64,000 nucleotides of DNA from Dehalococcoidales bacterium (GCA_028716225.1 JAQUQE010000005.1:65017-129016), one strand, 5' to 3'; positions 10,447 through 20,936 are shown, counted from the stretch's first letter. Numbers and translations are program-made. The notes: generated by a model from the sequence alone, not told the origin.

Positions 10447-12948
10447 CTAGCTCCACTCACCACCCTCAGCAGGCCAGACCCGAGCCAGCTCCTTGACCAG
10501 CAGATGATGGTCAGTCTTTTCAAAACCGGGGTCTATCTCAAAGAGCCTGATCGCCTCACTGCGGGCCATTTCGAGCAGAGCGACATCGGAGAGCTTAGCC
10601 ATTTTCAGATCGGGCAGCCCGCTCTGCCTGGTACCAAAGAACTCACCGGGCCCTCTTAGCTTGAGGTCTTCTTCAGCCAGGGCAAAACCGTCCTGGACCC
10701 TCTCTATGATACCAAGCCTCTCCCTGCTCACCTCAGAAGGGTCATGGGCCAGCAGCATACAGTAGCTCTGCTCTTGCCCCCGCCCCACCCGACCACGGAA
10801 CTGGTGCAGCTGCGACAGGCCGAAACGATCGGCACTCTCCACCATCATTACCGTAGCATTGGGGACATCTATACCCACCTCAATTACCGGGGTTGAGACC
10901 AGGATATCCAGCTCGGCGGAGCGGAAACGACGCATCACCTTATCCTTATCCGCTGCCGTCATCCGTCCGTGGAGCAGACCCAGCTTGAACTCGGAGAAGA
11001 CGTCCCGGGAGAGGTGCTCATACTCGGCAATCGCCGCCCTGGCCTGGATCGCCTCCGACTCCTCTACCAGGGGACAGAGAATGAACGCCTGACGTCCCCC
11101 GGCCACCTGACGGCGCAGAAAGTTATAGGCGCTATTCCGCTGTTCGGGCTTAAGCCACTTTGTTTTTATCACCTGTCTGCCGGGAGGCAACTGATCAATG
11201 ACCGACAGGTCAAGGTCGCCGTACAGGGTCAGGGCCAGCGTACGGGGAATGGGCGTGGCCGTCATCACCAAGACGTGCGGGTTAAAACCTTTCTGCCGGA
11301 TTGCCGAGCGCTGGGCAACACCAAAGCGATGCTGCTCGTCTATCACCACCAGCCCCAACCGGGAGAATACCACCCCCTTCTGAATCAGGGCATGAGTCCC
11401 GATAACGATGTCCACTTCCCCATCCGCGATACGCTGTTTAAGCTTCTCCTTCTTTTTCAGGTTAATATCACCAATCAAAAGCGCTACGCTGATAGGACGA
11501 CCAAACCGGCCGGAATAGCGGAAGAAATTTTCTTCCTGTTTCTCCTCACCGCTCACCCCGGATAGAAGCTTCCGGATAGTAGCCAGGTGTTGCTCGGCCA
11601 GAATCTCCGTGGGTGCCATCAAAGCTCCCTGATAGCCGTTAACCGCCGCCATCAGTAAGGAGGCGGTCGCCACTACTGTCTTACCACTGCCCACTTCACC
11701 CTGCAATAGACGGGACATCGGCCGTGCCCGCTCCAGGTCAGCCATTATCTCCTGAAGCACTCTCTGCTGGGCCGGGGTTAGTTCGAACGGGAGAGCCTTG
11801 AGAAAGGCATCCAACACTGCCACGTCGATATTGAAAGGATTACCCGGCTGGCTCTCCTGCCAATTACGCTTCTTACTCAACACACCCAGTTGGAGAAGAA
11901 AAAGCTCGTCGAAAGCAAGGCGAAGCCGAGCCCGGTCCTTAAGCGCTTCATCATCAGGGTAGTGCGCCTGACCGATCGCCCGGACCAAATCGAGAAGCTT
12001 ATGCCGCTTCCGCACCTCTTGAGGTAAGAAGTCTTCAAGCAGCACTACCCACCGATCAACGACATCTTTCATCAGCTTCCTCACCTGACGGGGGTGTAAC
12101 CCCGAGGTCAGAGGATAGATCGGAACCAGACGCCCGGTGTGAACCAGGTCTTCATCTCCGACCTGCTCCCACTCCGGCGATTCAAAGACATGCCTGCCGT
12201 TAAACAATCCCACCCGCCCGCTGATAACTATCCGGGTGTTGGTCGCCAGCTTCTTAGCCAGGTAGGGGTTGTTGAACCATACCACCCGGACATTACCCGT
12301 CTCATCACCGACAACGGCCTCCGTACCGCGCCGGCCGCCCAGTCTGACCTCCTGGGCCTGCCAGACATTGGCAACCACCGTTGCTTCTTCACCTTCGGTA
12401 AGCTGTGAGATATGTTTCCCCTGGCTGTAGTCAAGATGTCGGTTGGGAAAGAAATAGAGCAGGTCACGTACCGTACTGACACCCAGCTTTTTAAACTTGG
12501 CGGCCAGGCCCGAGCTAACACCCTTAACCACGGTAACCGGTAAATCCACAGACCTACCAGCGGCCATCACCTTCTCTTTAGGACTCACCGCAGTACGCCT
12601 TACCAGGGTAGGCACTACGGGTTTCTCCTTCCGCCCTTCCTGTTCCTCAAGTTCAGCCAGCAAGGTCAGCATACCATCCACCCACTCAGCACGCTGGCCC
12701 TGATTTAGAGAGGCGTAGCCGGGATTGACCAGATTAAGCCCGCTGGAGCGAGTGAGGAGATCGGGAACACTAAACGACCCACCTGCCTGTCCCATCCAGC
12801 GGCGGAGAAACTGATCCAGGCCACCGATTACTGATGAGTCCGAGTACCCCTTCCGCTGCTCAAGCTTAAGAATCTTGCGCAGCGAGCCCACGTCTACTGA
12901 CAAGTTTTTCCTCCGTCCACTTCTCGCAATACTGGTCCGGCTTCCCAT
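10447..12948 (-). CDS. recG: ATP-dependent DNA helicase RecG
   Basis: Walker A GEVGSGKT, DEQH box VIDEQHRFG, and helicase C motifs QLHQFRGRVGRG. 833 aa with a long N-terminal extension. Confidence 0.9.
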   Translation of the reverse strand: MGSRTSIARSGRRKNLSVDVGSLRKILKLEQRKGYSDSSVIGGLDQFLRRWMGQAGGSFSVPDLLTRSSGLNLVNPGYASLNQGQRAEWVDGMLTLLAELEEQEGRKEKPVVPTLVRRTAVSPKEKVMAAGRSVDLPVTVVKGVSSGLAAKFKKLGVSTVRDLLYFFPNRHLDYSQGKHISQLTEGEEATVVANVWQAQEVRLGGRRGTEAVVGDETGNVRVVWFNNPYLAKKLATNTRIVISGRVGLFNGRHVFESPEWEQVGDEDLVHTGRLVPIYPLTSGLHPRQVRKLMKDVVDRWVVLLEDFLPQEVRKRHKLLDLVRAIGQAHYPDDEALKDRARLRLAFDELFLLQLGVLSKKRNWQESQPGNPFNIDVAVLDAFLKALPFELTPAQQRVLQEIMADLERARPMSRLLQGEVGSGKTVVATASLLMAAVNGYQGALMAPTEILAEQHLATIRKLLSGVSGEEKQEENFFRYSGRFGRPISVALLIGDINLKKKEKLKQRIADGEVDIVIGTHALIQKGVVFSRLGLVVIDEQHRFGVAQRSAIRQKGFNPHVLVMTATPIPRTLALTLYGDLDLSVIDQLPPGRQVIKTKWLKPEQRNSAYNFLRRQVAGGRQAFILCPLVEESEAIQARAAIAEYEHLSRDVFSEFKLGLLHGRMTAADKDKVMRRFRSAELDILVSTPVIEVGIDVPNATVMMVESADRFGLSQLHQFRGRVGRGQEQSYCMLLAHDPSEVSRERLGIIERVQDGFALAEEDLKLRGPGEFFGTRQSGLPDLKMAKLSDVALLEMARSEAIRLFEIDPGFEKTDHHLLVKELARVWPAEGGEWS

Positions 12949-13077
12949 CCAAATATCACCATTATACCGTGCTTAATTAATGGCGCCAAGTATCAGCCAC
13001 CTTAACCGACCAGGAAAACGAGCCTCATTTCTTGACGGCTTAAGTCACCGGTTATAAAATATCACTGCTGAAGTAAG

Positions 13078-14421
13078 ATGAACAAGAAATACGATATTAT
13101 CGTTGTCGGCGGCGGACCGGCAGGGATCTTCGCCGCTTTAGAGCTTTCGCAGTCATCACGCCCCAGCATCCTGCTCATTGAGAAGGGGAGTGATATCGAC
13201 AAGCGCAGTAACCTGGTCTGTGGTCTGGGCGGGGCCGGTGCCTACAGCGACGGCAAGTTGACACTCTCATCACAGGTGGGAGGACACCTCAGGGAATACC
13301 TTGGTGAGGATGATACCCAGGCCCTGATTAAATACGTCGATGAGATCTACCTCAAGTTCGGTGCTCCCGACCGGCTATACGGCGTAGGTGATGATATTGC
13401 CCGGCTAGGCCGCCAGGCATCTCTGGCCGGACTGCACCTGATACCGGTACCACTCCGCCATATGGGTACCGAGCGCTGCCGCTCCGTGCTCAGAGAGATG
13501 CGTGACTACCTGATTTCACGCCTGGAGTTTAAACTCGAAACAGCAGCAGCCTCCATCATCGTAGATAACGGTAAAATCAAAGGGATTGAGACCACCGGCG
13601 GAGAGAGAGTTGACTGCGATTACCTGATTCTGGCTCCCGGCCGGGAAGGGTCTGACTGGCTACTAACACAGGCAAAACTGCTTAATCTAAAGATACACAA
13701 CAACCCGGTTGATGTCGGGGTCAGGGTAGAGATACCGGTAGCCGTAATGGAAGAACTGACCAGCGTACTGTACGAGGCAAAACTGGAGTTTTTCTCGACA
13801 AGCTTTGACGACCGTATCCGAACCTTCTGCATGTGCCCGGCCGGCGAGGTCACTATGGAGACCACCGGCGGTACCAACCCCGTAACTACAGTCAACGGCC
13901 ATAGCTACGCCAATCCTAACAGCAGTAACACCAACTTCGCTCTGCTGGTCAGCACGGACTTCACCGAGCCGTTCCGGGAACCGATTGCCTACGGCAAGTA
14001 TCTGGCCAGACTGGCCAATATTCTCAGCGGCGGAGTACTGGTGCAGCGGCTTGGCGACCTGATGGGAGGTCACCGTTCCACAACCGCCCGTATCGAGCGG
14101 GGTATAGTAAAGCCCACTCTGAAGGAGGCCACTCCGGGTGACCTCAGCTTCGTCCTTCCCTACCGCCACCTTACCGGGATCATCGAGATGCTCGAAGCGA
14201 TGGGCAAACTGGCACCGGGAGTAGCTGACAAAAGTACCCTGCTCTACGGAGTCGAAGTCAAATTCTACTCTTTCCGACCCCACTTAAGCTCCGGCCTTGA
14301 GACCGAGGTAAGCAACTTGTTTGCCGCCGGCGATGGTGCCGGGGTCAGCCGCGGTCTAATCCAGGCATCGGCCTCAGGAGTGATAGCCGCCCGCGAGATA
14401 TTGAAGAGATACCACCGCTAA
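13078..14421 (+). CDS. FAD-dependent oxidoreductase (COG2509-type)
   Basis: N-terminal dinucleotide-binding motif DIIVVGGGPAGIFAA and a C-terminal GDGAGVSRGL motif. Confidence 0.75.
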   Translation: MNKKYDIIVVGGGPAGIFAALELSQSSRPSILLIEKGSDIDKRSNLVCGLGGAGAYSDGKLTLSSQVGGHLREYLGEDDTQALIKYVDEIYLKFGAPDRLYGVGDDIARLGRQASLAGLHLIPVPLRHMGTERCRSVLREMRDYLISRLEFKLETAAASIIVDNGKIKGIETTGGERVDCDYLILAPGREGSDWLLTQAKLLNLKIHNNPVDVGVRVEIPVAVMEELTSVLYEAKLEFFSTSFDDRIRTFCMCPAGEVTMETTGGTNPVTTVNGHSYANPNSSNTNFALLVSTDFTEPFREPIAYGKYLARLANILSGGVLVQRLGDLMGGHRSTTARIERGIVKPTLKEATPGDLSFVLPYRHLTGIIEMLEAMGKLAPGVADKSTLLYGVEVKFYSFRPHLSSGLETEVSNLFAAGDGAGVSRGLIQASASGVIAAREILKRYHR

Positions 14422-14521
14422 CACCATCTTCTGCCGGAAAAATGTCCGGAGCAACCGCTACCCTCCGTGGGCAAGGATGCGGGCCAGAGTGTTGCATCAC
14501 TACTACGGATAACCCTTGTCC

Positions 14522-14570
14522 TTGACAGGGTAGCCCGTGCCAACTAAAATAGGATTGATTAATCAATCCT
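14522..14570 (+). promoter_or_regulatory. Consensus sigma70-type promoter followed by a 20-bp perfect palindrome
   Basis: TTGACA (14522-14527), 17-nt spacer, TAAAAT (14545-14550), then AGGATTGATTAATCAATCCT (14551-14570). Lies about 80 nt upstream of the GatB/YqeY-domain gene. Confidence 0.45.
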
Positions 14571-14646
14571 GCGTTACGCCTTACCAGCATCATTTCCTTT
14601 ATCGTCTGAGCATTATCGTTGAAGTCAGCAGGCATGAGGGTTAGAG

Positions 14647-15099
14647 ATGGAAGCGAACCTTAAAGAAAAGCTGGAAGTCGACCTGTGGCAGTCAATGAAG
14701 GACCGGGATAATGTCAGGCGTTCTACACTCCGTCTGCTCCTGGCCGCAGTTAAGAATGCTGAGATTGCCAAACGGGGCAGCCTGGACAATCCGGATATCC
14801 TAGGCGTTGTCGCCAAAGAGATCAAGCAGCGCAACGAGAGCATAGAGGCCTTTAAGCTGGGAGCCCGCCCGGACCTGGTAGCACAGGAAGAGGCTGAGCT
14901 GGCCATCCTCAAGGAGTATTTACCCCGACAATTGTCCCGGGACGAGATTATCGCTGAGGCCCGCCAGGTTATTGAAGAAGCAGGCGCGCAGGGACCCCGC
15001 GATAAGGGCAAGGTGATGCCCATAATTATGGCCCGTCTTAAAGGAAAAGCGGACGGACGGGAGATAAACGAGATAGTAACCGGGCTGCTAACTGAATAG
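14647..15099 (+). CDS. GatB/YqeY domain protein
   Basis: 150-aa ORF with MKDRDNVRRSTLRLLLAAVKNAEI... and ...KGKVMPIIMARLKGKADGREINEIV, typical of the YqeY family. Confidence 0.8.
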   Translation: MEANLKEKLEVDLWQSMKDRDNVRRSTLRLLLAAVKNAEIAKRGSLDNPDILGVVAKEIKQRNESIEAFKLGARPDLVAQEEAELAILKEYLPRQLSRDEIIAEARQVIEEAGAQGPRDKGKVMPIIMARLKGKADGREINEIVTGLLTE

Positions 15100-15199
15100 T
15101 ATGTCTTTCATGTCATTCAAGAGGGATGCTCTTCCGGCGATACCGGCGGGGCGCAGTTGCCGCTCTAGATACTTCCCGATATCACAGTAGGATAACCTG

Positions 15200-18040
15200 A
15201 TGCATAGAGTCGAGGTCCGTTTGAAAAAACACCAGCCTGACGCCAGGGGTCTGGGGCTGGTCAAGGACGTCCATGACCTGGGCATAACCTCGGTCTCCTA
15301 TGTCCGTGTGGCTGACATCTACTGGCTGGACGCCGAGCTTGCCCAGGACCAGCTGGAGCTTATCTGCTCCCGTTTACTCGCCGACCCGGTGACTCAGGAA
15401 TACTGGTATGGAGAGTCCCTCCACCTCGAGGGCGAGATTGGTCCTAATCAGCACAGCATTGAGGTCGCCTACAACGCCGGGGTTACCGACCCGATTGAGG
15501 CTACCATCCGCAAAGCGCTCAACGACCTGGGGGTAACCGGGGTCAGGGCAATTAAGACCGCCCGAAGATACCTGATCGACGGGCGGCTGGACATTTCACA
15601 GCTAGAGGCTATCAGCAGCAAGCTGCTGGTAAACCCGATTATTCAGCACACAGTCAGCGATGAGCCATCAGGGTTTCCGGAAAACCCCCGCTACCGATTC
15701 GCCCTGAAAGAGATAGAACTGAACCAGGCGGTACAGCAGTTCGGCTTTAGCGACGATGAGCTTAAGGCCATCACCGCCTACTTCCTCAAGCAAGGGCGTA
15801 ACCCCACCGATGCCGAGATGGAGACCCTGGCTCAGACCTGGTCCGAGCACTGTGTCCATAAGACATTCAAGGCCAGAATAAGGCTGGGCGAGGAGACCAT
15901 AGATAACCTGATTAAGAATACTATTATCAAGGCAACCAGGGAGCTGGAGAAACCATGGTGCCTCTCCGTTTTCAGCGATAATGCCGGGGTGATTGATTTC
16001 GACGGCCGCCGGGCGCTGTGCTTCAAGGTAGAGACCCATAATCACCCGTCGGCAATCGAACCATACGGAGGCGCTGCGACCGGGATCGGCGGAGTAGTCC
16101 GCGACCCGCTCGGCACCGGACTGGGCGCCAGGCCGATATTAAACACGGACGTTTTCTGCTTCGCTCCCCCCGATTTCCCTTACGAAAAGCTGCCCCAGGG
16201 CGTCCTTCATCCACGGCGCATCTTCAAGGGTGTTCGTGCCGGTGTAGCCGACTACGGCAACCGTCTGGGGATACCCACCCTTAATGGCGCGGTGCTTTTC
16301 GACGAACGCTATGTTGCCAACCCTCTGGTATACTGCGGCACGCTGGGGATTATGCCCCGGGAGTACTCCCATAGGGGCCAGCAACAGCCCGGTGATCTGG
16401 TGGTTGTGGTCGGCGGCAGGACGGGACGTGACGGCATACACGGGGTAACCTTTGCCTCGGAACAGCTTACCCAGGAATCCAGCGCCACCTCCTTAAGCGC
16501 CGTCCAGATCGGCAACCCCATCGTAGAGAAAAAGGTTATCGACACCCTGCTTCAAGCCAGAGACCGACATCTGTACTCTCGGGTAACCGACTGCGGGGGC
16601 GGCGGACTTTCCTCTGCGATAGGCGAGATGGGAGCCGACACCGGAGTAAAGGTTTACCTGGACAAGGTACCCTTGAAATACGCCGGACTCTCTTACTCCG
16701 AAATCTGGATATCAGAGTCGCAGGAGCGGATGTTATTGGCGGTCCCGCCGGAGTGTATCGAAGAGCTGATGGCCATTTTCGCAAGCGAAGATGTCGAGGC
16801 AGTAATTATTGGTGAGTTTACCGATGACCACAGGCTCCAGCTCTTCTACCAGGGGAATCTGGTATGCGATCTTGAAATGGAATTCCTCCACCAGGGCATC
16901 CCCCAGGTTGAGCGGGTAGCAGACTGGCAGCAGCCGTCACATGCCGAGCCTGATTTTGACTGTCCCCAGGACCTGGGTGAAGCACTGATTAAGATTCTCG
17001 GTGCTTGGAATGTCTGCAGCAAGGAATGGGTAATTCGCCAGTATGACCATGAGGTACAGGGGGCCAACGTTCTCAAACCCCTGGTGGGCAAGGACAATGA
17101 CGGCCCGGGTGATGCCGCGATGATCCGGCCGATACTGGATTCGGACAAGGGTGCCATCGTCTCCTGCGGGATAAACCCGAGGTACGGGGAAATAGACCCC
17201 TACTGGATGGCAGCCTCAGCTATCGACGAAGCCTTACGTCAGATTATCTCCGTGGGGGGCAACCTGTCCCGGGTAGCCCTGCTGGATAACTTCTGCTGGG
17301 GTAATGTCCAGCAACCGGATATCCTCGGCGCCCTGGTCAGAGCAGCCCAGGCCTGCTATGATATGGCCGTCGTCTACGAGACCCCCTTCATCTCCGGGAA
17401 GGACAGCCTCTATAACGAGTTTGAAGATGAGGGTAAGGTTATCTCTATTCCCCACACCCTGCTCATCTCGGCAATCGGCGTGATGGACGATGTTAACCGG
17501 GCAGTATCAATGGACTTCAAAAAACCGGGCAACCTGATTTACATGGTCGGCACCACCTGGAACGAGATGGGTGGCTCGGAATACTTGAGGCTCTATAATC
17601 TTACCGGAAACAACGTGCCCCGGGTAAGACCGCATCAGGCGAAATGGCTGATGGAGCGGCTCGCCACAGCCACCGCAAAAGGACTGGTCCGTGCCTGCCA
17701 CGACTGTAGTGAAGGCGGCATCGGAGTAGCCGTTGCCGAGATGGCGTTTGCCGGAGGGCTGGGCGCACTGGTCCACCTGAAGCCTGTGCCCCTGGGTGAG
17801 CCGGTGGATCGGGACGATTTCATCCTATTCTCGGAATCAAACAGCCGGTTTCTGGTCGAGGTAGCACCCGAGGATGAAGAGCAGTTTATCGAGGTTATGG
17901 AGGAGGGCGTCAACCTGGCCTCTATCGGTCAGGTTACCGACTCTAAGACTCTGGAGATATACGGCCTGGATGGTAAACCGGTTCTTGAGCAGAAAATCAG
18001 CGAACTCAAGGAGGCCTGGCAACAACCGATCCGGTGGTAG
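15200..18040 (+). CDS. purL: Phosphoribosylformylglycinamidine synthase subunit PurL with two fused N-terminal PurS-like repeats
   Basis: 946 aa. Residues about 1-160 form two PurS-like repeats (VEVRLKK...DARG...LLADPVTQEY, then IEVAYNAGVTDPIEATIRK...LLVNPIIQH). They are followed by the PurL core (ETHNHPSAIEPYGGAATG, two AIR-synthase-like halves). Confidence 0.9.
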   Translation: MHRVEVRLKKHQPDARGLGLVKDVHDLGITSVSYVRVADIYWLDAELAQDQLELICSRLLADPVTQEYWYGESLHLEGEIGPNQHSIEVAYNAGVTDPIEATIRKALNDLGVTGVRAIKTARRYLIDGRLDISQLEAISSKLLVNPIIQHTVSDEPSGFPENPRYRFALKEIELNQAVQQFGFSDDELKAITAYFLKQGRNPTDAEMETLAQTWSEHCVHKTFKARIRLGEETIDNLIKNTIIKATRELEKPWCLSVFSDNAGVIDFDGRRALCFKVETHNHPSAIEPYGGAATGIGGVVRDPLGTGLGARPILNTDVFCFAPPDFPYEKLPQGVLHPRRIFKGVRAGVADYGNRLGIPTLNGAVLFDERYVANPLVYCGTLGIMPREYSHRGQQQPGDLVVVVGGRTGRDGIHGVTFASEQLTQESSATSLSAVQIGNPIVEKKVIDTLLQARDRHLYSRVTDCGGGGLSSAIGEMGADTGVKVYLDKVPLKYAGLSYSEIWISESQERMLLAVPPECIEELMAIFASEDVEAVIIGEFTDDHRLQLFYQGNLVCDLEMEFLHQGIPQVERVADWQQPSHAEPDFDCPQDLGEALIKILGAWNVCSKEWVIRQYDHEVQGANVLKPLVGKDNDGPGDAAMIRPILDSDKGAIVSCGINPRYGEIDPYWMAASAIDEALRQIISVGGNLSRVALLDNFCWGNVQQPDILGALVRAAQACYDMAVVYETPFISGKDSLYNEFEDEGKVISIPHTLLISAIGVMDDVNRAVSMDFKKPGNLIYMVGTTWNEMGGSEYLRLYNLTGNNVPRVRPHQAKWLMERLATATAKGLVRACHDCSEGGIGVAVAEMAFAGGLGALVHLKPVPLGEPVDRDDFILFSESNSRFLVEVAPEDEEQFIEVMEEGVNLASIGQVTDSKTLEIYGLDGKPVLEQKISELKEAWQQPIRW

Positions 18041-18046
18041 CAGCAA

Positions 18047-18814
18047 ATGACTAAGGTAAGAACGTTGATACTACGTGGCCCCGGAACCAACTGCGATGCT
18101 GAAACGGCCTTCGCCTTTCAGCGGGCGGGGGCTAATGTAACCTCGGCCCATATCAATCAGCTAATCCGCCGTGAAGTACCGCTTTCCGACTACCAGATAT
18201 TTGTTATCCCCGGCGGCTTTACCTACGGTGACGATATCAGTGCCGGCAAGGTGCTGGCCAATGAGCTTAAACTAAAACTGGGGCAGGATATCCACAGTTT
18301 TATCGATAGTGGGGGGTTGATACTCGGTATCTGTAACGGTTTTCAGGTTCTGGTTAAGGCCGGTTTTTTGCCCGGTGGAGACGGCAGAGAGCAGCCGATA
18401 ACCCTGACCGCCAACGATTCCGGCAGGTTCGAGTGCCGCTGGGTATACCTAAAGGTGAATGAGAATAGCCCCTGCGTTTTCACCGAAGATATTGACCGTA
18501 TGTACCTGCCGGTGGCTAACGGAGAAGGTAAGGTCGTCACCAGCGGAAAAGCACTGCCGGATTCGAGCATAGTTCTTACCTACAGCGATGAATACGGAAA
18601 CAACAACCCCGGATATCCCGACGACCCCAGCGGCTCCGAAGGACATATCGCCGGCATCTGCGACGCATCAGGACGCATCTTTGCCCTGATGCCACACCCC
18701 GAACGCCACATTCGCGGTACCCAGCATCCGCGCTGGACCAGAGAGGGAGCCAGGAAAGACGGGGACGGCTTTCCTATCTTCATCAACGCCGTCAAGTGGG
18801 CCAGGGGGATATAG
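18047..18814 (+). CDS. purQ: Phosphoribosylformylglycinamidine synthase glutaminase subunit
   Basis: Class I glutamine amidotransferase: GICNGFQ (nucleophile Cys) and MPHPER. Directly downstream of purL. Confidence 0.9.
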   Translation: MTKVRTLILRGPGTNCDAETAFAFQRAGANVTSAHINQLIRREVPLSDYQIFVIPGGFTYGDDISAGKVLANELKLKLGQDIHSFIDSGGLILGICNGFQVLVKAGFLPGGDGREQPITLTANDSGRFECRWVYLKVNENSPCVFTEDIDRMYLPVANGEGKVVTSGKALPDSSIVLTYSDEYGNNNPGYPDDPSGSEGHIAGICDASGRIFALMPHPERHIRGTQHPRWTREGARKDGDGFPIFINAVKWARGI

Positions 18815-18930
18815 AGAGAACCACTTCATCACTTACCCGGTTCCATTCTCACAGCAGCGTTTCCGTACGGAAACCTGAAAGACGTTTTTATTTACTGCCT
18901 TTTCTGCTGCTGTATTACCAGTAAAGGAAT

Positions 18931-20529
18931 TTATCCTGAGAGCGCTCTGTTTAACTCAAGCTCCAGGCGGCCCTTGGCAATGCCGGAGTCAATTATCGCC
19001 CAGGGCAATCTCTGGCCGGCATGCCATCTCTGGTGAGCATAGAAATCAACATCCGGCTGGCACCTTGCCACCGCCCTGCGCCAGCCGGATAACGATACCT
19101 CTTCCAGAGCGGCCAGCACCCCGGCTACATCGGCGCCGCCGCGGGCGAAGACCGCCTGGACCTCGCTCCAGGCCGGGCTTTCGCTATTAACCTTAATACC
19201 CCTCGGCTGCAGGCTGTTCTTGATCCGAGAAAGCCGATGATTCAAGACAGCCAGCGGAGCCATCGGCAACCACTGCAGGGGCGTGCCTGCCTTGGGCACA
19301 AAGGGAGCAGCTTTGATAATGACACGTGCGCCGCTTTGCTTACGGTCAAGAATACTTTTACCACTGATGACGAGCCGGATAATCTCTTCAATATCGTCGT
19401 CGGTCTCCGAGGGCAGACCAATCATAAAGTAGAGCTTGAGCTGTTTTACCCCCGTCTCGGCAACCATATCTATCGCTTTCAGGATATCGTCTTCGGAAAT
19501 TCCTTTTTTGATCAACCGGCGCAGGCGCATAGAACCGGCCTCAGGAGCAAAGGCTATCGTCTGTGCTTCCCCACCGGCCAGTTCTCTCAATAGTATACGG
19601 GAGAGAGGCTTTATTCGCAGCGAGCTCACTGACAGTCCGGCACCCATTTGTCGCAATCTGACCGCTATCTCTTCTATTTGCGGATGGTCGGCCACAGCCG
19701 GTCCAACCAGCCCCAAACGTCTCCGGTATTTAAGTCCTTCCTCAGCCTGGGCTATCAGGCTGTCCGTAGAGCGAAAACGCACGGGGCTGAAGGTACTGCT
19801 GACCATACAAAAACGGCACCCCCAGTTGCAACCCCGCCCTACCTCAATCAAGTATAAATCACCCAGTTCGGTATCTCCGGTAACTATGGTGGAAGCGACC
19901 GGGAAATTATCCAGGTCTTTTGACCACTGGCGTACCACCGGGGTTGCCGGCTGGTACTGCGGTGCATAGACGCCCGGCAGCGAGGATAACGTTCTAAGCA
20001 GTTCACCCCGCTCGCCGCCGATACCGTCAGCCAGGATCGGCAGCAAGGTGGGCACAATCGGCTCCCCTTCACCGATACATAACAGATCAAAGAACGGCGA
20101 TACGGGTAACGGATTAGCCGTGACGCAGGGCCCTCCGGCAATAACCAGGGGGTGTCTTCCGTCACGGTCGCCGGCATAGAGCGGGATACCGCTGGCCTTA
20201 AGAATCTCCGCCACATTGATATAATCGACCTCGTAGCTGATGGAAAAAGCAAGGACGGCGAAATCGGTCAGCGGCCGCTGCGATTCCAGACTCAAGGGAG
20301 ACGACCGGCGGGCCTGATGCTCTCTTTCCCAAAAGACCCTCTCACAGACGACTCCGCTGTAGCTATTGAGGAGACGATAGAGGGCATGCAACCCCAGGCA
20401 GGACATGGCTATATAGTAGGAGTTGGGATAGATGAGAGCGATAGGAACCCTGCCACCCCAATCCCTGATAACGGCACCCTCCTCCCGGGAAAGCCGGCTT
20501 CTTGCCTTTTTGATCTCATCCCAACTCAT
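18931..20529 (-). CDS. B12-binding-domain radical SAM protein (TIGR03960-like)
   Basis: CNWGCRFC (Cx3Cx2C) radical SAM cluster motif with an N-terminal B12-binding-like region; 532 aa. Confidence 0.8.
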   Translation of the reverse strand: MSWDEIKKARSRLSREEGAVIRDWGGRVPIALIYPNSYYIAMSCLGLHALYRLLNSYSGVVCERVFWEREHQARRSSPLSLESQRPLTDFAVLAFSISYEVDYINVAEILKASGIPLYAGDRDGRHPLVIAGGPCVTANPLPVSPFFDLLCIGEGEPIVPTLLPILADGIGGERGELLRTLSSLPGVYAPQYQPATPVVRQWSKDLDNFPVASTIVTGDTELGDLYLIEVGRGCNWGCRFCMVSSTFSPVRFRSTDSLIAQAEEGLKYRRRLGLVGPAVADHPQIEEIAVRLRQMGAGLSVSSLRIKPLSRILLRELAGGEAQTIAFAPEAGSMRLRRLIKKGISEDDILKAIDMVAETGVKQLKLYFMIGLPSETDDDIEEIIRLVISGKSILDRKQSGARVIIKAAPFVPKAGTPLQWLPMAPLAVLNHRLSRIKNSLQPRGIKVNSESPAWSEVQAVFARGGADVAGVLAALEEVSLSGWRRAVARCQPDVDFYAHQRWHAGQRLPWAIIDSGIAKGRLELELNRALSG

Positions 20530-20599
20530 AAAGCTACTTACCAGGTTTGATTACTTCCAGCAGCTACTAAGGAAACGGGGCTTTCTCGTTACTGCTCCC

Positions 20600-20902
20600 C
20601 TACTCCGCTGAAGGGTGGAAACCCATCTGCGGCTTGTTGGGCTCGACGGCTTCGGTCAGCTTGCCGAACTTAGCCTCGTATTTGTTCAGGTTATCCTTAA
20701 GGGCGGAGACCATCCTTTTCATATGGCCGGGGCTGATGACCACCCGTGCCGTCACCGAACCGGCCGGAGGTGTCACCATCATAAAATCCAGAATGAATTC
20801 CTCCCTGGTATGGGTAACGAACATGTTATTGGCATACACCCCACCCCGCAGGGCCTCCGGGAAGGCAATCTTTATCTGCTGCTTGTTAGCCTTTTCATCC
20901 AT
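20600..20902 (-). CDS. DUF3467-like small protein
   Basis: 100-aa ORF with ...GVYANNMFVTHTREEFILDFMMVTPP..., recalled as DUF3467. Confidence 0.55.
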   Translation of the reverse strand: MDEKANKQQIKIAFPEALRGGVYANNMFVTHTREEFILDFMMVTPPAGSVTARVVISPGHMKRMVSALKDNLNKYEAKFGKLTEAVEPNKPQMGFHPSAE

Positions 20903-20936
20903 ACCGCATCTCCTTATGGTAATAGGACCTCATACT

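Noticed and set aside
17512-17526. GGACTTCAAAAAACC, which resembles the tRNA-Sec anticodon arm (CTTCAAA). Other TTCAAA/TTTGAAG occurrences were also checked while hunting for selC.
   Set aside because: It lies inside the purL coding frame with no flanking acceptor- or T-arm complementarity. The other hits are likewise in coding sequence. No tRNA is called in this window.
18859-18874. A 16-bp perfect palindrome, GTTTCCGTACGGAAAC, between the convergent purQ and radical SAM genes, considered as a terminator.
   Set aside because: No adjacent T-tract on either strand and only a short stem. It might still be a weak bidirectional terminator or a protein site, but the evidence is insufficient to call it.
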